The translations under genes were made by a program, and so were the position numbers. The notes under the pieces were generated by a model. The model did not search any database, had not been told where the DNA came from, and saw nothing but the letters and a program-made list of their open reading frames with translations. DNA of 33,995 nucleotides from Candidatus Thorarchaeota archaeon. Its GTDB lineage: Archaea; Asgardarchaeota; Thorarchaeia; Thorarchaeales; Thorarchaeaceae. Shown piece by piece: positions 7,801 through 14,417 of this stretch. The stretch lies in NCBI GenBank assembly GCA_016933575.1, contig JAFGAR010000172.1, positions 1 to 33,995 on the forward strand. The letters are read 5' to 3'. The stretch's first letter is position 1. The number at the start of each line of letters is the position of its first letter.

Positions 7801-9395
7801 TCGTACCCCTTCATTTCGATCCATTCCCATATATCCTAACAGTAGGAGAAACTATCACAATCGACCTAATTGACTTCTCTGCTGTAGCAATTACTCAGAT
7901 TATCAGCATCACAGATTATGGCTTGGATCTTGATGGAGATTCAACATACGATTACTTGGTGTTTGATATAGACATTTACATCGGAACCACAGGCTACTAT
8001 ACTGCAACTCTTCATCCATGGCTCTGGTCAATACCAGACCAAGAGGTCACCGTTGCTACTGATGCTGGTGTTAATGATATCCTCTGGTACGAATCTGGCT
8101 ATCATACGATTCAAGTCCGACTGAGTGGTGAAGCACTTAATGGGGCTGATAATGATGGACCATTCTTAGTTCTATTCGCTTGGTTAGACGCATACGATTT
8201 TGGACAATCTGGGATAGAATGGCTTGGAACAGTTGATGAAGTTCAAAACTTCGTAACAAACACGTACTTCACCTCAGATTTTGATGTACCTGGAGTGAGG
8301 TTCATTCAAATTGTAGGCCAGAATTACATAGACTTTGATCTTGATGGAGAAGATGAGAGCATCGAAATCTTGCTAGAACTCGATATTGGATATGCCGGGT
8401 ATTTTGATTTTATTATCGAATTTGCCAGTTATCCCATAGACACGATAGTAGTCACAGCCGTGATTACTTCTTTCTTTTTTGATACTCTCGGTCTACAGAC
8501 TGTTCCATTTATTCTCGATGGTCTTGAAATCTACAAGCAAGAATATCAGGGCAAGATGGAGATTCGATTCTTTGATGTGGCTATATATGACCCAGTACTC
8601 TACTCTGTCTTCTATAGAGAACATAGAGGTCTAATTGACGTTGACTACACACTTCTGCCGGGAGCTATACCAGCTGCAGAAATATTCTCCGTGAATGATT
8701 ATGGAATAGATGATAATAACAATGGCCTATTCGAAGCTCTTATGGTGAGTATCAATATCTATATTGAAAAACCAAGAGACTTCATCCTGTACTTGGATGT
8801 CTGGGGCGATGCTTCAACTGGGTACTGGTCCTCTGTGGGATTCTACAATACCTACTTCACCGCAATAGAACCTGGTTTGATGACCATCGAGTTCGTCATT
8901 CCATCTTCAGATATCATTGCTAGTGTTTTCGATGAATACACAAACTTTGAGTTATGGATTATCTTGTATGACACAAGCACAGGAATTGAAGTAGACTTTG
9001 AAGGACCAATCTACACAGATTGGTATTTCATTCTAGACTTTGAGCTGCCTTGGATGTATTCAGTCTATTACATCATTTATGATGCTGATGGTGACTTCTG
9101 TGAGGATACAATTGATATCTTCTCTGACTTTGCATTTTACAGCCTGAATGACGTCACTGTCAATCTGGAATTAGCTGTGTGGTTCTACGACGAAATAGAC
9201 GAGAGTTACATCTACATTGAGACCATGGTTGAGGGATTTTCAGTGATAGAAAATCCTAGCTATTTTGGAGTATTCTTCAATTGGCATGCAATCTGGGATG
9301 GCACCTTCGCATTCGTACTATATGTCTATCTCGATGGTGCGTTTGTATCATATGATGTAATCTACTGGTACTATGCGTGTGCTTACACGCCCTGA
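4866..9395 (+). CDS. secreted S8 (subtilisin-like) serine peptidase with PPC-like domain and acidic C-terminal repeats
   Basis: Signal peptide; catalytic triad in VLDTG, HGTHVAG and GTSMATPHVAG; oxyanion motif AAGNDG; PPC-like DFYRV...DYDLAIYN...GYYILRV; six DxDxDG-like modules. Confidence 0.95.
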   Translation: MKGRIVAKAMLIVLVLGLSTFFGSLSTVQAVNVPDEIRTINNQTGYETLIESDLQASENLDGQVSTTDSAVMSPVEVKEKLDQLYSKDTKSDSQMTSVLASVRPDYMGNNRYTDQLIVKFSSFDARDNFAFDIPSGVSYNCLQTLPYVIIPKTTLFYELLAQTEGISRLTDDRLFAAPDYQVYEHLDPENDLSMYNSEGRIGTWDMHALGYTGKNIKIAVLDTGIDSTHPDLMYTGDGSTKIIAQQSFVDIDFDGVPDEGPEDLNGHGTHVAGTAAGNGYQIGVAPDAYLLNAKVCSATGCATSWMIEAVEWAILNDADIITMSIGGSTFWGLDPLDDILDYAWQQGIVVTIAAGNDGPAVSTVQSPGTGPRIITVAATDSYDLITAFSGRGPSVYGHFDPDIAAPGDLIFSTFPGATYAIAGGTSMATPHVAGAVALLLEAHPWANPDTIKANIMANAKDVGLPTTVQGAGLLDLVATHNEWSNIRAILFPTFNDQDILYLSPGESFSGYFSYVNSRRDGIQPWFKLDRSHAFEIVIDRESIFPDLWKGFFCRPSSSGQQFIPFTVTAPLDAEPGTQLSRDITAFFWKGIPWVRGGENPLKTTMTLTIEIAQIEDDALTGTDAGDTFPGATEIPFGNYSGYLSDIDFYRVWLEGEYTYTFVLDGFDGYSDYDLAIYNETGQLVNYGGLAGPEHVVLTIETSGYYILRVEPWSLLIDPWANRDTTGPYNLWMIEGETPGNGGGGTGVQIEYLGAELFGIDFDSDSINDYLAIEVTLNVISPGVFDMYAWIALDKSPDLAKWVYGLAFVEGHVLTEPGVQDVIMLLDGTNVADQSYVGSHVIYELFLGDPSTFTTLLDLYQVYTSPTIDSADFGAPHLQYLSYSYGTYDENGDEIPDWLMVDVVLEATETFDWVSYFTCTLYHPDGYFFWSRFDEIMDHSISGPQVLHFLFSPDDFVNGPSGLLDLELVIVYSWNHPLSVVPLHFDPFPYILTVGETITIDLIDFSAVAITQIISITDYGLDLDGDSTYDYLVFDIDIYIGTTGYYTATLHPWLWSIPDQEVTVATDAGVNDILWYESGYHTIQVRLSGEALNGADNDGPFLVLFAWLDAYDFGQSGIEWLGTVDEVQNFVTNTYFTSDFDVPGVRFIQIVGQNYIDFDLDGEDESIEILLELDIGYAGYFDFIIEFASYPIDTIVVTAVITSFFFDTLGLQTVPFILDGLEIYKQEYQGKMEIRFFDVAIYDPVLYSVFYREHRGLIDVDYTLLPGAIPAAEIFSVNDYGIDDNNNGLFEALMVSINIYIEKPRDFILYLDVWGDASTGYWSSVGFYNTYFTAIEPGLMTIEFVIPSSDIIASVFDEYTNFELWIILYDTSTGIEVDFEGPIYTDWYFILDFELPWMYSVYYIIYDADGDFCEDTIDIFSDFAFYSLNDVTVNLELAVWFYDEIDESYIYIETMVEGFSVIENPSYFGVFFNWHAIWDGTFAFVLYVYLDGAFVSYDVIYWYYACAYTP

Positions 9396-9424
9396 TGACA
9401 GATCGTGGTTGGAAACATTGAATT

Positions 9425-9458
9425 TGGGAACAGGATTTTCATCCTGTTCCCATTTTTT
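9425..9458 (+). terminator. hairpin plus T-tract terminator after the S8 gene
   Basis: Perfect 12-bp stem tgggaacaggat-tttc-atcctgttccca followed by T6, 30 nt after the stop codon. Confidence 0.75.
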
Positions 9459-9534
9459 ATGAACCAAGTTAACAATACTTTCTGATTGTGACTATCATTT
9501 CGATATCAACCATTTCTTCTCAGTTTCTAACATT

Positions 9535-10218
9535 CTAGGTTTCAATAGCAGACATATAGATTGGACTATCTTCCCCTAATGTGCAGTTGAAGGTAGAACT
9601 CTGATACTCCCAAGCAAACAGTCCTCCACAATAGAATGCACTATAGGTGATATCTGCATGAATCCTGACAAGGAATTGATGACCATCACATGCCTTGGCC
9701 ACGTCGTTAGAAAGCATAAAACCATAGTCAACGATAATCACGTTGTTCGTAAACAGCTCATTGGTTCTCAACACGACTTGGCATGTGCCTGTAGCCCACC
9801 ACTCGCCATCCGTTACATTATTGTCTACCACACCAAGTAGATTCTGGTCTCTGGAAGGATTGCATCTAACTTCTGTTGATACTGGGTCATACTGCATCAA
9901 TGAGGTATTAGGTTGATGAGTAGTAATATCTGCAACCCATACCGTGATTGTGGCACTTGATATTCTCAGGAAGGCACCACCATCCTGATAGTTATCTAAA
10001 GATATTGAGAATTCAAGAAAGTTTGTTACAACGCCTCCCTGTGTGTCGTTATAATATAAAAAGAGGTCATTTAGCGTTGAATAGTTGAATGATGGTTCTG
10101 GTATGGTGCTGGTTGGTGGATTAATGGCAATAAAGAATCCAGCAATGATGACACCACCAATCACAACCGCAGCTACAATGACAAGTATTCTTCTCGTAGA
10201 AACTCCATGTATCGACAT
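9535..10218 (-). CDS. hypothetical membrane-anchored extracellular protein
   Basis: N-terminal RR plus a TM helix, P/T/S linker, beta-rich body, several NxS/T sequons and Cys residues. Confidence 0.75.
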   Translation of the reverse strand: MSIHGVSTRRILVIVAAVVIGGVIIAGFFIAINPPTSTIPEPSFNYSTLNDLFLYYNDTQGGVVTNFLEFSISLDNYQDGGAFLRISSATITVWVADITTHQPNTSLMQYDPVSTEVRCNPSRDQNLLGVVDNNVTDGEWWATGTCQVVLRTNELFTNNVIIVDYGFMLSNDVAKACDGHQFLVRIHADITYSAFYCGGLFAWEYQSSTFNCTLGEDSPIYMSAIET

Positions 10219-10371
10219 CAGATACTCCCTATATGTTAGAGAGAATGAAGGAATATCAACCTTATCAACTTATGATCTGTTGAACACAATTTTACTCAAC
10301 CAACTGGGCAATTTGCCAAAAGCAATCGGCAAATTCATATTTTAGTAAACATCATTTTGTCTGGGAGTTTC

Positions 10372-10623
10372 ATGACAGAGAGTCGTTCTATCGAGGATCT
10401 AATAGTAGAAATTCGTTTTCTGAAAAAATGGTTGATAGTTGTTACTGTGATTGTGATCCCCATCGCTGTCTATTATGGATTAGTAATCCTACAAGGAATA
10501 ATCATCTCTCTTGCGATAATTATAGTTGCAAATCCAATCCTCCTCCCTACACTTCTTACACTTTGTTGTGTTGCAGGTCTTGTATATGCTCTGATTCTCC
10601 ATGATAGCAAAAGGAATGAATGA
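10372..10623 (+). CDS. small hypothetical membrane protein
   Basis: Hydrophobic ORF; ATG at 10372 follows GGGAG; ATGA stop/start overlap with the next gene. Confidence 0.6.
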   Translation: MTESRSIEDLIVEIRFLKKWLIVVTVIVIPIAVYYGLVILQGIIISLAIIIVANPILLPTLLTLCCVAGLVYALILHDSKRNE

Positions 10624-11063
10624 TTATGGATTCTGGAAATCTTGACAGGGAGTCTGCGATACGGAAAGCTCGACGCATTGGATTGATATTTCTTGTGTAT
10701 GCTATAGTTTTACCATTCATTGTTTTCTTATTACCAGAAAACGAGCCTCCTATTAGCACTGAACCACTTCTACTCTCGTGGATAATGATCTTTCTGATGC
10801 CAGTCGAACTTCTACTCATCTATGCATTCTCTCGTTTTATACAGAGAAATCCAACACCGAATAATTTTCTCGGTTTTGCAGTTCTTATGTTCGCACTAGC
10901 CATAGCACCGTCTATCTATGCATCTATAATTGGATTTATTGACCCGCTTCTAAGATCCGTTGCCGTACCTTTGGGATTGTTTTTCTCTCTTACAGGTTTC
11001 TGGTGTACTCTCATGTATCTTTCAAGCTATTTAGATATCATTCCAAGTAGCTATTCATTCTGA
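10620..11063 (+). CDS. hypothetical membrane protein (about 4 TM helices)
   Basis: Four hydrophobic segments; translationally coupled to the upstream ORF. Confidence 0.7.
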   Translation: MIMDSGNLDRESAIRKARRIGLIFLVYAIVLPFIVFLLPENEPPISTEPLLLSWIMIFLMPVELLLIYAFSRFIQRNPTPNNFLGFAVLMFALAIAPSIYASIIGFIDPLLRSVAVPLGLFFSLTGFWCTLMYLSSYLDIIPSSYSF

Positions 11064-11068
11064 ATCCA

Positions 11069-11950
11069 CTAGAAGGCCTCATGATATGTCTTGAAGAAGT
11101 CATCTGGACCTAGTCGGATGGTATCAATCAATGCTTTTCTTCCAAGGTTCTTCTCAATCAACTCTGCCATGTGGGCTCCGGTGACATACCATAGTCTATC
11201 TTTACCAGCCATTCTATCAAGAATCTCCCAGTCTTTATCATGGAGCGATCTGGAAGCTCGAACCTCCAGCTCTGTGAGTATATCAAAAAAGGTCGAGACA
11301 CGTTTTGTTCTTGCGCTTTCATTCAGGAACAACTGATAATCCCTGCTATTCAGTCCGTTGGTAGACCTTCTTATTTCGAGTGTGAAGTACACCGCAAGCC
11401 CTTCCATATGAGTGCAATACTTGATCATATCAACCAATTCTTTGGTCGTATGAATCTGCGAGATGTCGAATATCTGATTAAAGGCTGTATATACAACATG
11501 ATGCAATTCATGTAGCGCTATGAAGAGAATCTCGTCTGGGTTTTTATGAAAATCCTGATGTCCCAAATTGATCAGTGCATTACCTTCGGATACAATACCA
11601 ATATCATACCCCAAAATTGTGTAGAGATTTGTTCTTAGACTTGTACCTTCAGGGAAGTATTGCCAGAGATCTTTGAATTGCTCATTGAAAGCATCTTGGT
11701 TGTTGTAAATGTAGGTGAGGCTCTCTTTGATATACTCCGTCAAATTCTCATTCTTTGATTGACTCTGAAGAATCTCTTTCCAAAACTGCATGATGTTTTT
11801 CTTTGTGTTTCCAAATCTGACTGCATGAGCATGTGTCAGTCTGGCGGCATCGTGCTTTGTTATCTCAAGTAGCAATTCATCGTTTGGTTTTGATAGATAC
11901 TTTAGCAAGGGCACAATAAATGATGTATCGATTCGTACTGATAATGGCAT
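11069..11950 (-). CDS. putative Zn-dependent protease (gluzincin, DUF5700/DUF2268-like)
   Basis: HELHH (HExxH) with downstream EGLAVY third ligand and C-terminal WYVTGAHM. Confidence 0.75.
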   Translation of the reverse strand: MPLSVRIDTSFIVPLLKYLSKPNDELLLEITKHDAARLTHAHAVRFGNTKKNIMQFWKEILQSQSKNENLTEYIKESLTYIYNNQDAFNEQFKDLWQYFPEGTSLRTNLYTILGYDIGIVSEGNALINLGHQDFHKNPDEILFIALHELHHVVYTAFNQIFDISQIHTTKELVDMIKYCTHMEGLAVYFTLEIRRSTNGLNSRDYQLFLNESARTKRVSTFFDILTELEVRASRSLHDKDWEILDRMAGKDRLWYVTGAHMAELIEKNLGRKALIDTIRLGPDDFFKTYHEAF

Positions 11951-12154
11951 GAATTAATCACTCACTCTCAGAGAGATACTGAATTCCTTGTTTTTTCTAC
12001 ATTCATCAATAACTAACACTCTGAAAGGTATGTCATTGAAGAAAATCAAACTATAATTATCTTATGGCATGATATCGAGAATTTTACTCATTTTGACATC
12101 TTAGCAAACACAATGTCAGCTACAAATGTACTAAAGAGAAAGTAGATTGGCACT

Positions 12155-12838
12155 TCACTCAGCATCCCATGCAATCCATAATAGCTCAACAGGACTTCTA
12201 GCGTGTATCTGATGTGTGCAGTTTCGTGGAATATAGTAGACTGACTGTTCCTTCAGTTCAAGTTTCTCCCTCTCTATCATGACATCACCTTGCCCCCTAA
12301 GCATAACAAATGCTTGTGGCCAAGGGTCAATTTCTTTATTCTCATTCAGAATTGCTCCAGCTGGGACATGGTACCATGCGAAACGAAGTCCTTTCCAATA
12401 TACTAATGGTATTGGTTTTGCTCCGTGTGCATCTCCAGTAAGGGCCAAACGAAGATCCTTCGTCTTGATTCTCCCAGGATTGAAGAAGAATGTTGCAAGC
12501 CCCTTGATTGTTTCCATAACCTCACTCACCCGGTCTGGATCTATTGAGTCAAAATCAATTGGACGCTTTTCCTTTATGTGCGACCTTCCAGCAAGGGCGA
12601 ACGCATCAGCCTCGCGTTTCAATATCTTATCGAGAATATCACCGGTCATAGTGATCCGTACAGCAGGATCTTTTAGACCTTCAACCACTTCTTTCTTTTC
12701 TCCCAGTATGAGCGTTGCTGTTTCTCTTGTGTCAGTGAGTTCCACTCCAACACGTATACTCCCAGAGAAGATGTATAGGAGGTCCGAGTAGAGTTCAGCA
12801 TCATCCAGCATCAATCTCATGGCATCTATCAGTTTCAT
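12155..12838 (-). CDS. cupin-domain protein with SCP2-like N-terminal region
   Basis: C-terminal QAFVMLRGQG...YYIPRNCTHQI...ELLWI cupin barrel; N-terminal beta/alpha pattern resembles the SCP2 fold. Confidence 0.7.
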   Translation of the reverse strand: MKLIDAMRLMLDDAELYSDLLYIFSGSIRVGVELTDTRETATLILGEKKEVVEGLKDPAVRITMTGDILDKILKREADAFALAGRSHIKEKRPIDFDSIDPDRVSEVMETIKGLATFFFNPGRIKTKDLRLALTGDAHGAKPIPLVYWKGLRFAWYHVPAGAILNENKEIDPWPQAFVMLRGQGDVMIEREKLELKEQSVYYIPRNCTHQIHARSPVELLWIAWDAE

Positions 12839-12859
12839 TGAACACCAATCACCTCATCA

Positions 12860-13018
12860 TCAGGTCTTTTTCTCATGGATTTCCTGCTTATCATCATTCA
12901 GTCCGAGTAATTTTCGCCAGATTCTCTTACTCCTTTCATCAAGGTCTTCTGCAATAGTTTGCATAATAGCAATTACCTTGAATGCAGTCTCAATGTTCAT
13001 TTCATCATCATCATTCAA
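12860..13018 (-). CDS. small hypothetical protein
   Basis: Charged helical ORF; TTG at 13018 follows a GGTGAT SD-like motif (alternative starts at 13000 or 13072); co-oriented with the cupin gene. Confidence 0.45.
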   Translation of the reverse strand: MNDDDEMNIETAFKVIAIMQTIAEDLDERSKRIWRKLLGLNDDKQEIHEKKT

Positions 13019-13113
13019 CCCAGCATCACCTTGATTAGTGTGGAACTCAAGAGGTGTGATAATAGTGTACAAGAAGGACTTAATCTCAGCGGTCTAGTAT
13101 TTCTTTAAGGGTA

Positions 13114-13131
13114 TGCACTGTGCACAGTGCA
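13114..13131. promoter_or_regulatory. perfect 18-bp palindrome (putative transcription-factor operator)
   Basis: tgcactgtgcacagtgca is its own reverse complement and lies just upstream of a minus-strand CTTAAAGA TATA-like box (about 13102-13109). Confidence 0.55.
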
Positions 13132-13231
13132 GCATCATCAGGTTCTGTGCCAATTGGCGGAAGAGTTGAACGACCGCCTACAAGATGATTCTCAAGTTAT
13201 ATTAATCTCGGATCTGAATTAAAGAAGTCAG

Positions 13232-13266
13232 AAAAACAAAATTAGATTCCATATATTTGGGAATCT
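13232..13266 (-). terminator. putative terminator of the lsm-rpl37e operon
   Basis: Minus strand AGATTCC-9 nt-GGAATCT hairpin followed by AATTTTGTTTTT; another T7 run lies near 13282-13288. Confidence 0.45.
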
Positions 13267-13293
13267 CTCATCCGATTTTCCAAAAAAAGTATC

Positions 13294-13482
13294 TTATCCT
13301 CGTACACGAACACCATGGACTTTCTTGTGCGCCCAATTGTATTGCCTGAGTCTTGAAGAAACACCAAACCCACAGGCTGCGCATCGCTTGTGTCTGACAT
13401 GGTATGACCTCCGACCGCATCTTCTACAGCGTATATGATGAGGATTGTTTTTCTTTCCTTTTGATGGAGTGCCCTTTCCCAT
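13294..13482 (-). CDS. rpl37e: 50S ribosomal protein eL37
   Basis: [25 protein letters not shown]....CAACGFG; directly downstream of lsm as is typical in archaea. Confidence 0.97.
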   Translation of the reverse strand: MGKGTPSKGKKNNPHHIRCRRCGRRSYHVRHKRCAACGFGVSSRLRQYNWAHKKVHGVRVRG

Positions 13483-13500
13483 TAATCATTACTCCTTGCT

Positions 13501-13746
13501 TCATTTCGGTGGAGGTGAGACGATGACTACATTGTCGCCTCTCAGTATCACGGTGTCTATCTGTATGACCGTCTGTTCGTCAGTTTCTGGATTCAATGAA
13601 ATCTCCTCAGCATCCTCAAGAATGAGGTTGAGGTGTTGATCGAAACCACGCAGTTTGCCCTTGACTTTCTTTCTTCCTTTTAATTCGACCAAGACTTGCG
13701 ATCCTATCGAAGTCTGAAGAAGTTCCATGGGTTTGCTTGCGTTCAT
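13501..13746 (-). CDS. lsm: Sm-like archaeal protein (Lsm/SmAP1)
   Basis: Sm1 motif VLVELKG..GKLRGFDQHLNLIL and Sm2 motif ILRGDNVVIVSP; ATG at 13746 follows GGTGA. Confidence 0.95.
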   Translation of the reverse strand: MNASKPMELLQTSIGSQVLVELKGRKKVKGKLRGFDQHLNLILEDAEEISLNPETDEQTVIQIDTVILRGDNVVIVSPPPK

Positions 13747-13910
13747 TAAATCACCAACAGAGAAGACGCTCATATGGCCTAAGGTCATACAGCATTCGGC
13801 TTACCCTTTGGAGATGGCTTAAAAACATGACGATGGCGACCCTAGCATCTCCGCATCTTGGTGAGCGTTTCGCAGGCTTCAAAAGGATTGGTTCATTCTC
13901 TATAATTGAA

Positions 13911-14414
13911 ATGCCAAAGATAGAACGAATAAAGAAGCGTCATCTGTTGAAGAAGCGCGAACAGAAGATGGAACTCGAACGCCTCGAAGCAGACCTAGGA
14001 TCATCTATAGGCCTGGATCCAAAGGCTCAACTTGAATCGGGAATCCTTGATGATGGTTCTCGAATTTTACTGTTGGATGGAGAAATCATCTTCTTTGAAC
14101 ATGAAAAGAGATACTTTCCCACCCTCCGAGCTCTTCTGAATAATATGGTTCAAATTCCCAGAGTGACGATTGATATGGGTGCTGTGAAATTCGTAGTGAA
14201 TGGTGCAGACATCATGCGACCCGGAATTACTCAAATCGATGATGGGGTGAAGAAAGACGGGATTGTTGTCATTGTCGATGAACGGCATGGTAAGCCTCTT
14301 GCTGTAGGTGTATCCAACTTATCTGCAGGAGAACTACGGTCCGCAACTAGCGGGAAGGTGGTGAAGTCTATTCACCACATAAATGATGATCTGTGGGATT
14401 TTGGCAAACAATAA
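13911..14414 (+). CDS. PUA-domain RNA-binding protein (DUF1947 plus PUA; MCT-1/Tma20-like)
   Basis: VTIDMGAVKFVVNGADIMRPGI...GKPLAVG...GKVVKSIHHINDDLW; ATG at 13911 preferred. Confidence 0.9.
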   Translation: MPKIERIKKRHLLKKREQKMELERLEADLGSSIGLDPKAQLESGILDDGSRILLLDGEIIFFEHEKRYFPTLRALLNNMVQIPRVTIDMGAVKFVVNGADIMRPGITQIDDGVKKDGIVVIVDERHGKPLAVGVSNLSAGELRSATSGKVVKSIHHINDDLWDFGKQ

Positions 14415-14417
14415 CTA

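Noticed and set aside
13155-13180. GGCGG...CCGCC hairpin with a GTTCAACTC T-loop-like string on the minus strand
   Set aside because: No proper T-stem, acceptor spacing or rest of a cloverleaf
13737-13910. N-terminal extension of the PUA protein in the ORF track
   Set aside because: Overlaps the lsm start and the divergent promoter region; family-like sequence begins at MPKIER
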